DNA of 64,000 bases from Bryobacterales bacterium (GTDB lineage: Bacteria > Acidobacteriota > Terriglobia > Bryobacterales > UBA6623): assembly GCA_963422375.2 (NCBI GenBank), contig OY729428.2, positions 736,001 through 800,000 of the forward strand, in the 5' to 3' direction. The notes below the pieces were generated by a model. The model searched no databases. It worked only from the letters and a program-made list of their open reading frames with translations, and was not told the origin of the DNA. Positions 21,205 through 31,064 of this stretch are shown here, piece after piece (within the stretch, counting starts at the first letter, position 1; each line of letters starts with the position of its first letter). A program made the translations under genes and the position numbers.

Positions 21205-22237
21205 CCTGATTACCCACAAGACTCAGCCAAGGTTAGGAGGCGGTACGGCATGGGCGGGGTGCGCACGGAGGCGTGGAGCAGGCGGGGGACCAGCGCCTCC
21301 AGGTCGTAGCGGCGGTTGAAGCGGTAGCGGAACTCGGCGAGGTAGCGCGGCAGGTGCTTGCCGTCGAACGAATGGCAGGTTCCCGCCAGGGACTGCTTGA
21401 CGTTCCCCAGCATCGTGTTGACCCGGACGAAGCGGGAATCCGCGCAGCTCCGCTGCCCGCCTCCGGTGACGGTCGGCACGTGCTCGCAGCCGGCGCCGGC
21501 CACGCCCCGGAAGCAGGCCGGGCCGTCGGAATGCACCTCCGTGCCGGGCTGCAGGTGCCGCCCGGCCCACGCTGCCAGCGTCTTCTTGCGCAAGCCCGCC
21601 CCGCTGCTCAGGCGCATCCTTGCCGGCTGGCCGGCGGCGGTGACCTGCACGGCGGCGACGAACGGCGTCTTGCCCGCCGCGCCGCGACCGCGCTTGCCGC
21701 CGCTCCGCTCCCCGCCCCGGTAGGCGTCGTCCACCTGCACGATGCCGCCCGGCGGCACGCGCTCGTCGCGCTCCTTCAGCACTGGCAGGAGCTTGTGCTT
21801 CACCTTCCAGGCCGTGTTCCGGCTCACGCCCAGCTGCCGCGCCAGTTCCAGCGACGAAACGCCGTGCTGGCCCTGCGTCAGCAGGTGGATCGCCAGCAAC
21901 CGGACGGTCAGCGGCAGCTGGGTGGCGGCCAAGATCGTGCCGGCGACGAGGGAGCTCTGGCGGTGGCAGGCGTTGCACTGCCGGAGCTTGCGGGAGCGGA
22001 TGCGGCAGTGCCGGCGGGAGCCGCACTCCGGGCAGCGGAAGCCGTCCGGCCAGCGGGCGTTGAAGACGGCCTGCTCGCATGGCCCCTCGCTGCCGTAGCG
22101 CTGCAGGAACTTGCCCGGGCTGAGTCCCTTCTGGAATTGCACGCGATTGCGTTTCATCAGCTATCCCCTTTCCTGTCAGAGATTTCCGACCTCCTTCAGT
22201 ATAGCATATCCTCGGCTGACGTTCGTTGGTAATCAGG
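21205..22237 (-). mobile_element. IS1595-family insertion sequence, copy A
   Basis: Ends CCTGATTACC...GGTAATCAGG; 8-bp duplication TAGCGAGA at 21197-21204 and 22238-22245. Confidence 0.95.
21210..22157 (-). CDS. IS1595-family transposase
   Basis: Zn ribbon CPEC...CNAC, VQVDDAY, HSDG, VNTMLGNVK, YLAEFRYRFNRR; uninterrupted 315-aa ORF. Confidence 0.92.
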   Translation of the reverse strand: MKRNRVQFQKGLSPGKFLQRYGSEGPCEQAVFNARWPDGFRCPECGSRRHCRIRSRKLRQCNACHRQSSLVAGTILAATQLPLTVRLLAIHLLTQGQHGVSSLELARQLGVSRNTAWKVKHKLLPVLKERDERVPPGGIVQVDDAYRGGERSGGKRGRGAAGKTPFVAAVQVTAAGQPARMRLSSGAGLRKKTLAAWAGRHLQPGTEVHSDGPACFRGVAGAGCEHVPTVTGGGQRSCADSRFVRVNTMLGNVKQSLAGTCHSFDGKHLPRYLAEFRYRFNRRYDLEALVPRLLHASVRTPPMPYRLLTLAESCG

Positions 22238-22660
22238 TAGCGAGATGCCTGAGCCAATGGCCCGCTCGATCTGCAAGAGGCTCTCGATCCCAGAGGTCGG
22301 GAAACAGTCGATCTGACCGTCGGCCCATGGGTGCCGAACGGCGTGGGGCGACTTTGGGATTGGCTCCCTCTTGGAGGTGAATCTTGCTCTGGCATGTCGA
22401 ATCCGGCGCTCGTCGCGCCACTCGTCAACGCGGTCTGACGCGTATTTAGCCGACTTCGCCCGCAAGGTCAGACTGGAACGGGAGAGCGGCTGCTTGTCCG
22501 GCATTCGTTCTCAAGACACTCCAGTCGCAGGCCGGTGCGCGGCCCGCGAAGATCCAGCATGCGCGCTAGGCCCGGAATCGTGGAATGGTTCAACCTCATC
22601 CCTGCGTCTCCAGCAAGGACCGGGAAACCTAGGTCTATGAACACCCAACGGGTGCGCTAG

Positions 22661-24462
22661 GCCGGATAATTCATGAGTAGCCCGGGGGGCCATAGTCCGG
22701 TCCCTCCGCCCAGGCCGTAAGGGCCTCCGGTCTAGCGCGATCCTCACTCCTACGAGTGCCTTGCGATCCCCGGCGGCAACCCCGGCCGGGTCCGGGTGAG
22801 ATCCAAGTTCATAAACTGCAACTCTTTTTAGCCGGTAGGTGATATTGAATCCATGGTCGCAGCCGCAGGCTCCGAAGGCGTTCCGTTCCGCAATCCGCCC
22901 CGTCGCCGTCCGCTTCGATCACCAGCGCAGCAGCTCCGACGGCGGCGCTGTCCCGGTCGTGATCGCCGTCCGCGCTCTCGGACTCACCGCGGCTTTCGCC
23001 GACTGCCTGCGCGACGGGCGCCAGCCCTCCAAGGTGCTCCACTCCCTGGCCCACAGGCTCCGCCAGCGCATCTACGGCCTCGCCTGCGGCTACGAGGACT
23101 GCAACGACGCCGGGCGCCTCGGCGGCGACCCCATGTTCGAGCTGCCGCTCGGACGCGAGCCCTTGCAGGGTCGCGACCTGCCGTCCCGGCCCACCTTGTC
23201 GCGCTTCGAGAACGCCGTCATCGCGGACGCGCTAAGCGCGATGTCCGCGGTACTGGCCGGCTGCGTCGTCCGCCGCCAGCACGAGCGGCGCCCCGAGACG
23301 AGCATCGTCGAGCTGCACTTCGACCCGGCGCAGGTGGACCGGCAGCTGGCACTGTTCAATGGCTCCTGCGACACGCATGGCTACTTGCCGCTGGTGGGCG
23401 TGGTGCACTTCGACGACGAGCGCGAGCGGCATCTCGTGGCGGCGCTGCTGCGCTCGGGCACGGCCGCGGCCGCGGAGGGCTTGCTGCCGCTGCTGCGGGA
23501 ATTCTTCCCGCGGGCGACGCTGCGCCTGCGCCTGGACGCGGGCCTCCAAGGGGACGAGCTGCTGGCCTATTGCGAGCGCGAGGGCCTGGAGTACGTGGTG
23601 TGCATGCAGAGGAACGCGGTGCCGGAGCGGCGCGCGGCCCCGTTGCGGGCGGCCGTCGAGGCCCGGCGCGCGCTCGGCGGCACCCCGGGCACGGACCCCG
23701 GCGGGGAAGCGGCGGCCGCGGGCAGCGGCCCGCTGCACGGGCAGTTCGTCTACCGGGCGGGCCGCTGGTCGCGGGCGCGGCGCGTGATCGTCAAGGCGGA
23801 CGTGAGGGAGTTTCCGGGGCGCGCCCCGCAGTGGAACCCGCGCTACGTGGTGACCAACGCGGGCGGCAGCCCGCAGCTCCTCTACGAGCGGATCCACTGC
23901 CTGCGGGGGGACGTGGAGAACCGCGTCAAGGAGCTCGAGCACGGGATGCGGATGGACCGCGCCAGCTGCTCGAGCTTCGCGGCGAACCAGTTCCGCGTGC
24001 TGCTCGCGGCGGCGGCCTACGTGATCATGCAGGAACTGCGCTGGCAGGCACGGGACACGCCGCTGCGGAAGCGCCGGGTGGACGGGTTGCGCCTCGGCCT
24101 GCTGAAGCTGGGCGCGCGGGTCGCGGCCACGGCGAAGCGGATCGTGCTGCACGTGCCGCGGATGGCACCGTTCCGGGACGCCTGGGTGGTGGTGGCGCGG
24201 GGCTTGGGGGCCGTGCCGAGATGACGCCGGGCCGGGTCAATCCGGAGAGTGTCGGCAGGCGCCGGGCGTCGCCGGGGGAAACCGTGCCTGCCCTCCGGGC
24301 GGGTGCTGCCGAGGAGGTGTCCGCGGCTCGCCCGCCGCTCGCGAGACGCCCCGCAAGCCCCGCATTCCCCGCCCGCAGGCGATTCGGAAGCAGATTTGGC
24401 GGCCATCGAGGGCCCAGAAACTGGACCCCCTGAGCCTGCGCCGCATTCATGAATAATGCGGG
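22661..24462 (+). mobile_element. IS1380-family insertion sequence
   Basis: Inverted repeats CCGGATAATTCATGA and TCATGAATAATGCGG; flanked by CTAG at 22657-22660 and 24463-24466. Confidence 0.8.
22839..24224 (+). CDS. IS1380-family transposase (possibly inactive)
   Basis: SSDGG, GYEDCND, PTLSRFEN, RLDAG, RGDVENRVKE, FAANQFR. Confidence 0.85.
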   Translation: MILNPWSQPQAPKAFRSAIRPVAVRFDHQRSSSDGGAVPVVIAVRALGLTAAFADCLRDGRQPSKVLHSLAHRLRQRIYGLACGYEDCNDAGRLGGDPMFELPLGREPLQGRDLPSRPTLSRFENAVIADALSAMSAVLAGCVVRRQHERRPETSIVELHFDPAQVDRQLALFNGSCDTHGYLPLVGVVHFDDERERHLVAALLRSGTAAAAEGLLPLLREFFPRATLRLRLDAGLQGDELLAYCEREGLEYVVCMQRNAVPERRAAPLRAAVEARRALGGTPGTDPGGEAAAAGSGPLHGQFVYRAGRWSRARRVIVKADVREFPGRAPQWNPRYVVTNAGGSPQLLYERIHCLRGDVENRVKELEHGMRMDRASCSSFAANQFRVLLAAAAYVIMQELRWQARDTPLRKRRVDGLRLGLLKLGARVAATAKRIVLHVPRMAPFRDAWVVVARGLGAVPR

Positions 24463-24710
24463 CTAGCGCCCACTCACCCTACACACAACTCACTTGGCGT
24501 AGACCCGCGAACGAGAAGGAATCAACACTGGCCCAGCTGGTCCGACCGATTTCCGGTTCGGGCAGGCGTTTCGACTCTTCGCGGGCATCCGGCGGGCAGC
24601 CTTGCCCCGACCGCCTCCGGGCACGTATTCTTGCGGAGGCGCTTAGTGGCATCGGCTGGCACGGCGGTCTGAGACGGCTTCGCGGTCGCTCCCAACCCGC
24701 GCCAAGCACA

Positions 24711-26009
24711 ATGCACACGCGACGCTCCTTCCTGTATGCCGCGACTGGGGCCGGCCTCGCCGCCGGGTTCCGTCTCGAGCCCTTGCGAGCGGCGGCGGCG
24801 AAGATCGGCGTGCCGCTGCGCATCACGGACGTCGAGGCGCTCGTTCTTCGCGACCCACCCGAACACAAGCCCGAGAACCACTTCGTGTCGATGACGCCCG
24901 TCGGCGCGACGACCGGAGGCGTCGGCCTGTGGGACCGGCTCGAGCGCGCTGAGACGGTGCGTCAGGGAGGATTCCGCCAGACGCTCCTGGTCAGGCTTTC
25001 GACCGACCAAGGCGTAGTCGGATGGGGCGAATCGCACGCTGTGATGACGCCTCGCGTCGTCAAGACCGTCCTGACCGACCTGTTCCGTCCGATCCTTCTC
25101 GGCCGGGACGCCCGCCAGATCGAGGCGATCTGGGAGAAGATGTACTCGACTCAGCGCCTTCGGGGATACGGCACCGGGTACTTCACCCGCGCCATGGCCG
25201 GCGTCGATATCGCGCTCTGGGACATTGTCGGCCGCGCAGCAGGCATGCCGGTGTACCAGCTGCTGGGCGGAAAGTTCCGCGACAGCATCCCGACCTACCA
25301 AGGCGTGGGGGGTGGCACGCCCGAGGAAGTCCGCGAGAACGCCGCCGCCCTGCTGGAACGGGGCTTCCCGAACCAGAAGATGAGCCTGGCAAAGGGCCGG
25401 GGCGTGCAGGCGAGGGACGTCAACCGAGTCTTCGCCGCGGCCGAAGAGCTGGCGGGCAAGGGGCAGATCCTCGTGGACTCGCTGGCGGGCTACACGCTCG
25501 CCGAAGCAACCCGCGTCGGCCGAAAGCTGGACGGAATCGAGAACCTCGGCTGGTGGGAGGACGTGCTTATGCCCGAGGACTATGGCGGCTACGCCGTCCT
25601 GGCCGACCGGCTCGACGTGCCGATCTGCGCCGGCGAGCAGTACTCTAATCGCTTCCAGTTCCGGGACCTGTTCGAGAAGCGGGCCTGCGACATCATCAAC
25701 CCGGACACCTCGCGAGTGGGCATCACGGAGACGAAGCGGATCGCGATCATGGCGGACGCCTACAACATCCTGCTGGCCCCCCATTCGTCCATGGGATCCG
25801 CACCGTACCGGGCGTCGGCCATCCACCTCTGCGCCGCCACGCCCAACGCCGTGATTCTCGAAGGAGGCGAGTCGCACCTCAGGGCCTTCGGCAACGCGAT
25901 CCTCAAGGTGCCGCTACCGTACAAGCCGGGCCGGGTCGAGGTGCCGGACGGCCCCGGCCTCGGTTTCGAGTTCGACGAGAAGGAACTAGCCAAGCTGGTC
26001 GTGGGCTGA
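24711..26009 (+). CDS. Mandelate racemase/muconate lactonizing (enolase superfamily) enzyme with Tat signal
   Basis: TRRSFL Tat motif, VGWGE, DIALWDIVG, PVYQLLGG, metal ligands in VD, WED and AGE, PGLGFEFD. Confidence 0.9.
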   Translation: MHTRRSFLYAATGAGLAAGFRLEPLRAAAAKIGVPLRITDVEALVLRDPPEHKPENHFVSMTPVGATTGGVGLWDRLERAETVRQGGFRQTLLVRLSTDQGVVGWGESHAVMTPRVVKTVLTDLFRPILLGRDARQIEAIWEKMYSTQRLRGYGTGYFTRAMAGVDIALWDIVGRAAGMPVYQLLGGKFRDSIPTYQGVGGGTPEEVRENAAALLERGFPNQKMSLAKGRGVQARDVNRVFAAAEELAGKGQILVDSLAGYTLAEATRVGRKLDGIENLGWWEDVLMPEDYGGYAVLADRLDVPICAGEQYSNRFQFRDLFEKRACDIINPDTSRVGITETKRIAIMADAYNILLAPHSSMGSAPYRASAIHLCAATPNAVILEGGESHLRAFGNAILKVPLPYKPGRVEVPDGPGLGFEFDEKELAKLVVG

Positions 26010-26055
26010 GTTTGGGCGAGGCCCCGGCCGAGCTGGAAGCATGTAGAATCGGACC

Positions 26056-26901
26056 GTGATGGTAGCCGGGATCGCTATCCGGGCGAAGCTCTCGATATAC
26101 TCGGCCAGCGTTGGGGCGGCCGCTCTGACGCTCGCGGTAACCCTGGCTGGTCCCGGGGCGGCGTTCGGCCAGGAAGATTCCATTCCGCGGCTATGGGACG
26201 GTCGGCCTGACCTGAACGGAGTCTGGCAGGCGATCGGCACGGCTCACTGGAACCTCGAGGATCATCCCGCCGGACCGGGCCATCCAGAACTCGGGGCCAT
26301 CGGCGCGATCCCGCCGGGCCAGGGCGTGGTGGTCGGCGGGGAAATCCCGTACCTCGCGGAGGCCCGGGAGCAGCGGGCCAGGAACTTCGCCAGCCGCCGG
26401 ACGGAGGATCCCGAGGCGAAGTGCTTCCTCCCGGGCGTGCCGCGGGCGACCTACCTTCCCTATCCGTTCCGGATCATTCAGGGGGACCGGAAGATCATGC
26501 TGGTCTACGGTTTCGCCGAGGCGAACCGCACCGTTCACATGAACAAGGAGAGCCCCGAACCGCCCCCGCTCGACAGCTGGATGGGCCGCTCCCACGGGCG
26601 CTGGGGGGGCGACACGCTGGTGGTCGACGCCCAAGGCTTCAACGGGGAGGCGTGGTTCGACCGGGCCGGCAACTTCGCTAGCTCCGCGCTGCGAGTCGAG
26701 GAGCGGTACACCCCGCAGGGCCCGAACGCGATACGGTACGAAGCGACGATCAGGGATCCGACGGTGTTCTCGCGGCCGTGGAAGATCCGGTTCCCGCTCT
26801 ACCGGCGGCTCGACGAGGGCGCGAGGGTGCTGGAATTCAAGTGCGTCGAGTTCGCCGAGGAACTCATGTACGGGCACCTGCGCAGGAAGCAGCAGCGATG
26901 A
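26056..26901 (+). CDS. Exported hypothetical protein, paralogue 1 of the PDLxGxW / two-Cys family
   Basis: Signal peptide, GRPDLNGVW, KCFLPGVPR, GRSHGRWGGDTLVV, EERYT, EFKCVE. Confidence 0.8.
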   Translation: MMVAGIAIRAKLSIYSASVGAAALTLAVTLAGPGAAFGQEDSIPRLWDGRPDLNGVWQAIGTAHWNLEDHPAGPGHPELGAIGAIPPGQGVVVGGEIPYLAEAREQRARNFASRRTEDPEAKCFLPGVPRATYLPYPFRIIQGDRKIMLVYGFAEANRTVHMNKESPEPPPLDSWMGRSHGRWGGDTLVVDAQGFNGEAWFDRAGNFASSALRVEERYTPQGPNAIRYEATIRDPTVFSRPWKIRFPLYRRLDEGARVLEFKCVEFAEELMYGHLRRKQQR

Positions 26902-26926
26902 CCGGACAGCGGCAGGAGCAACGGGC

Positions 26927-28672
26927 ATGAGACGGTGCCGACAGATCGCAATGATCTCTTCCCTCTGGGCGGCAGCGCTCGGCTCCGGCATCTGCATCGC
27001 AGCCGAGATTCATCACCTCGAGATCATCGCCGCCAGCCCGACCGAGGCCGTGCGCTGGTATGCCAGGCACATGGACTGCGATCCCTTGGATGGCAGGAGC
27101 GACTCGGTCGGCTGCGGCGGGGTCGAGCTCATATTCGCGGCCCGGCCGACAATGGGCAGCACCCAGGGCACGGGGGTGAACCACGTGGCCTTCTCGTATG
27201 CGGACGTCAACAGCAAGATGGCCGAGTTGGAAGCGGTCGGCGTCCGCGGGTCGGGCGTCCGCTTGCAGCGCTTCGAGGACGGCTCGACCCTCCGCGACCT
27301 GCCCGGGCTGTTCCGGCACGGGTTCGTGTTCGACCCGTGGGGCACGCGCATCGAGCTGCTGCAAGATCCGGACCGCCTCGGCTTCCACCACGTTCACCTG
27401 AGCGCGTCAGACCCGGCCGCTACGCTGGCTTGGTATCGCAACGGCTTCGGCGGCAAGCCGGCCAAGCTCAGGCAACGCGAGGACGCCCTGCTGTTCGGGC
27501 AGGTGTGGCTGCTCGCAAGCTCTCACCGGGACGGGGCGCCGGCACCGACGGAAGGCCGGGCCATCGCCCGGATAGCCTTCAGCGTCCCCGGACTAGACAG
27601 GGCCGCGACGCGCATGCGTCGCGACGGCGTGGAGTTCGCCAGCGAGCCGGCCGTGCCGCCGAACGGTCGCTCAAGTGCCAAGCTCGCTCTCCTGGCCGGG
27701 CCGGACAGGGTGACGGTGGCGGCCGTCGAGCCCGGCTTCGCCGGCATTCGCTCCGAGCACGGGTCCGCGGCAGCGAGCCAAGAGCACGAGCCCTACGTCG
27801 CACCCCGGACTCCTTGGGGAGAGCCCGACCTCCAAGGCGTATGGACCGGAAACGCCGCCCACGGGATTCCGCTAGAGCGGCCTTCCGGCTTGGACGGCGT
27901 GGACGCCCTGTCGGCGGAGCAGGCCGCGGCCCGGCGCGAGCGCGGCACTCTGGGCAGCATCTGGGGATACGAGCGCGAATGGCGCGACACGACGCTCGGC
28001 TACGACAAGATGACGCCCTCCACGCAGGTCGCGATGATCGTGGACCCGCCGGACGGGCGGCTCCCCGCTCTTACGCCCGAGGGCCAGCGACGGGCGGAAG
28101 AGCTGCGACGGGCCCAGCGGCGCAGGTCTACGGAGCCTCCGGGCGGCCCCGAAGATCTCACCCCCTACGTCCGGTGCATCACCCGCGGGCTGCCCGGCAT
28201 GATGATGCCCGGAATCTACAACAACGGGCTGCAGATCGTCCAAGGGCCGGGTTACGTGGCGATCCAGAGGGAGATGATCCACGAGACCAGGGCCATCCCG
28301 ACGAAACCTCGCGCGCCGCTCGGCCCCGGTCTGACCTCGTGGCTGGGCGACTCGCAGGGCCGATGGGAAGGTGAAACACTGGTCGTCGAGACGCGGGGCT
28401 TCAACGGCAAGGCCTCGTTCCGAGGCGCGTCGTCGGCGACGCGGCTCACGGAGCGCTTCACGCGGACCGGGCCGGCCAAGCTCCTGTACCGGTTCACCGT
28501 CGACGACCCGACGGTCTGGGAGCAGTCCTGGACGGCCCTGTTCGCCTTCGATCTCGACGATGATCAGTACGAGCTGGTCGAGTACGCCTGCCACGAGGGG
28601 AACTACGGCATGTTCAACATCCTGAGCGGCGCACGCGCCAAGGACAGGGAGGCGGCCGCAGCCGCCCGGTAA
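26927..28672 (+). CDS. Exported fusion of VOC/glyoxalase domains and PDLxGxW family domain (paralogue 2)
   Basis: IHHLEI, VNHVAFS, FDPWGTRIEL, FHHVHL, then TPWGEPDLQGVW, RCITRGLPG, GDSQGRWEGETLVV, EYACHEGN. Confidence 0.8.
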   Translation: MRRCRQIAMISSLWAAALGSGICIAAEIHHLEIIAASPTEAVRWYARHMDCDPLDGRSDSVGCGGVELIFAARPTMGSTQGTGVNHVAFSYADVNSKMAELEAVGVRGSGVRLQRFEDGSTLRDLPGLFRHGFVFDPWGTRIELLQDPDRLGFHHVHLSASDPAATLAWYRNGFGGKPAKLRQREDALLFGQVWLLASSHRDGAPAPTEGRAIARIAFSVPGLDRAATRMRRDGVEFASEPAVPPNGRSSAKLALLAGPDRVTVAAVEPGFAGIRSEHGSAAASQEHEPYVAPRTPWGEPDLQGVWTGNAAHGIPLERPSGLDGVDALSAEQAAARRERGTLGSIWGYEREWRDTTLGYDKMTPSTQVAMIVDPPDGRLPALTPEGQRRAEELRRAQRRRSTEPPGGPEDLTPYVRCITRGLPGMMMPGIYNNGLQIVQGPGYVAIQREMIHETRAIPTKPRAPLGPGLTSWLGDSQGRWEGETLVVETRGFNGKASFRGASSATRLTERFTRTGPAKLLYRFTVDDPTVWEQSWTALFAFDLDDDQYELVEYACHEGNYGMFNILSGARAKDREAAAAAR

Positions 28673-28685
28673 GCGAGGGGGTCTC

Positions 28686-29105
28686 ATGGCGAAGCCAGCG
28701 GTGATCGCCTACATCGCAATCGGTCTGGCCCTGTCCGCGGTCCCGCCGCCGCTCGCGGCGCACCACGCCTTCTCCTCGGAGTTCGACGCCGCCAAGCCGG
28801 TGCGGCTGCGCGGCAAGATCACCAAGATGGAATGGATCAACCCCCACGCTTGGATGCATGTCGAAGTCAGGGCCGAGGACGGCACGACGGAGAATTGGAT
28901 GATCGAGGCCGGGCCTCCGGGCGCGCTGGTGCGACGGGGCTGGCGCAAGGACTCCGTCAAGCCGGGCATCGAGGTGCTGGTCGAGGGCTACCGGGCGATC
29001 GACGGGAGCAACAAGGCCAACGGCCGCGACGTCACGCTGCCGGACGGCACGAGGCTCTTCGCGGGCTCGTCGGGCACCGGCGCCCCCTACGACGCGCCGC
29101 GCTGA
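28686..29105 (+). CDS. DUF6152 family protein
   Basis: Signal peptide followed by AHHAFSSEFD, EWINPHAW, LVRRGW, VTLPDG. Confidence 0.8.
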   Translation: MAKPAVIAYIAIGLALSAVPPPLAAHHAFSSEFDAAKPVRLRGKITKMEWINPHAWMHVEVRAEDGTTENWMIEAGPPGALVRRGWRKDSVKPGIEVLVEGYRAIDGSNKANGRDVTLPDGTRLFAGSSGTGAPYDAPR

Positions 29106-29157
29106 ACCGCTCCCGGGCGCGCGGCCCGCGCCGCGCCATGCACCTATAATCTGTAGC

Positions 29158-31035
29158 GTGCCGCCTGTCGAATGCCGTCGCTCGTTCCTTACGCGCGCCG
29201 CCTTGGCGGGCACGGCCGCCGTGCTGGCCTCCCGCAGGGCTGCCGGGGCGCGCGGCGCCGGCAGCGACTGGCGCTTCTACGCCGGCACGCCCGAGGGGAC
29301 GCGCTACTCCTCGCTGGACCAGATCGACGTCTCCAACGTCGGCGAGCTGCGCGTCGCTTGGACCCACGCGACGGGCGACAGCCTGAAGCGACCGGCCACG
29401 ACCATCGAATGCACGCCCCTCGTGGTCGACGGACGCATGTACATCACGACCGCCCAGTTGCAGGTGAGGTGCCTGAACGCTGCCACGGGGAAGGCCATCT
29501 GGAATTTCGATCCGTTCGCGGGAAGGGTCATGCGGCGGTCGAAGGGCGTCAACCGGGGCGTGACGTACTGGTCCGACGGGCAGCGCCGTCGGCTTTTCGT
29601 CAGCGCCGAATCGAGGATGCACTGCCTCGACGCCGACTCAGGCGAGCTCGTGCGCGAATTCGCCGACGGCGGCGTGCTCGACATGAGAGCGGGTCTCGAC
29701 CGAGACGTGGGCGGCGCGACCCTCACGCATCCCACGCCGCCGGCGGTCTTCGAGGATCTGCTGATCCTCGGCAGCGCGGCCGGGGAGGGGCCGGGCCCCG
29801 CCTCGCCGGGCCATTTCCGGGGGTTCGACGCCAGAACGGGCAAGCGGCGCTGGATCTTCCACACCATCCCTCATCCGGGCGAGTTCGGCTACGAGACCTG
29901 GGGCAAGGACAGCTGGAAGACCAGCGGCGGCTGCAACAACTGGGCGGGCATGAGCGTGGACGAGGAACGCGGCATGGCCTTCGCCTCGACCGGCTCGCCC
30001 ACCTTCGACTTCTACGGCGCCGACCGCCCCGGCAAGAACCTCTTCGGCAACAGCGTGATCGCGCTGGACGCGCGGACGGGCGAGCGGAAGTGGCACTTCC
30101 AGACCACGCACCACGACCTCTGGGACTACGACCTGCCGTCCATGCCGTCGCTGGTGCGAGCCAAGAAGGGCGGCCAGTGGACGGACGCAGTGGCCCAGAT
30201 CTCCAAGACGGGATTCGTGTTCCTCTTCGACCGGGCCACGGGCGAGCCGATCTACGAGATCGAGGAGCGGCCCGTGCCGGCATCGGACGTGGAGGGAGAG
30301 GTGATCTGGCCCACCCAGCCGTTTCCGACGGCTCCCGAGGCCTTCTCGCGCCAAGGATTCACCGAGGCGGATGTCACCGATATCTCCGAGGAGTCCAGGG
30401 AGCACGTGCTGCGACGGCTGAAGGACATGCGCAGCGGGAGCCTTTACACCCCTCCGAGCAAGCGGGGCACCGTGTACTCGCCCGGCACGCTCGGCGGCGG
30501 CCTCTGGGGCGGGACCAGCTTCGACCCGGAAGCGGGCTGCCTCTTCATCAACGCGAATAACACGCCGAAATACTTCACCTTGCTGGACGCCTCGGAAGCG
30601 GAGCCCTACCCCTACCGCATCGCGGGCTACCCGTACTTCAACGACCAAGACGGATACCCGGCCGGCAAGCCGCCGTGGGGGGAGCTGCTGTGCCTCGACC
30701 TAGCGACCGCCAAGTACCGCTGGCGGAAGCCCCTCGGGGAGCACGAGAGCCTGAAGGCACGGGGCGTGCCGCAGACTGGCACCTTCACTGTCGGCGGTTC
30801 GATCGTCACGAAGGGCGGGCTGCTGTTCATCGGAGCGACGCGCGACGAGAAGTTCCGGGCATTCGACACCAGGACCGGGGCTCTGCTCTGGGAAACCAAG
30901 CTGCCGGCCGGCGGCTACGCGACGCCCAGCACCTACGCGGTCGACGGCAGGCAGTACGTGGTGATTGCCGCCGGCGGCGCGGGCAAGGGCAGGACGACCT
31001 CGGGCGACCATTTTGTGGCGTTCGCTCTCGAATAG
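29158..31035 (+). CDS. PQQ-dependent dehydrogenase (quinoprotein glucose dehydrogenase-like) with Tat signal
   Basis: RRSFL, RYSSLDQI, ECTPLVVDG, WHFQTTHHDLWDYD, YATPSTYAVDGRQYVVIAAGG. Confidence 0.9.
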   Translation: MPPVECRRSFLTRAALAGTAAVLASRRAAGARGAGSDWRFYAGTPEGTRYSSLDQIDVSNVGELRVAWTHATGDSLKRPATTIECTPLVVDGRMYITTAQLQVRCLNAATGKAIWNFDPFAGRVMRRSKGVNRGVTYWSDGQRRRLFVSAESRMHCLDADSGELVREFADGGVLDMRAGLDRDVGGATLTHPTPPAVFEDLLILGSAAGEGPGPASPGHFRGFDARTGKRRWIFHTIPHPGEFGYETWGKDSWKTSGGCNNWAGMSVDEERGMAFASTGSPTFDFYGADRPGKNLFGNSVIALDARTGERKWHFQTTHHDLWDYDLPSMPSLVRAKKGGQWTDAVAQISKTGFVFLFDRATGEPIYEIEERPVPASDVEGEVIWPTQPFPTAPEAFSRQGFTEADVTDISEESREHVLRRLKDMRSGSLYTPPSKRGTVYSPGTLGGGLWGGTSFDPEAGCLFINANNTPKYFTLLDASEAEPYPYRIAGYPYFNDQDGYPAGKPPWGELLCLDLATAKYRWRKPLGEHESLKARGVPQTGTFTVGGSIVTKGGLLFIGATRDEKFRAFDTRTGALLWETKLPAGGYATPSTYAVDGRQYVVIAAGGAGKGRTTSGDHFVAFALE

Positions 31036-31064
31036 GACGCAGGCCCAAGGAAGGAGCGAGAAGA

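Larger units (their letters stand above)
21075..22316 (+). pseudogene. hicA: HicA-family toxin interrupted by IS1595
   Basis: Removing 21205-22245 restores MKRSSLLRHLRSFDCYLKREGRAHSLWCSSTTGKMAAVPRHSEMPEPMARSICKRLSIPEVGKQSI; start overlaps the hicB stop (GTGA). Confidence 0.9.
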
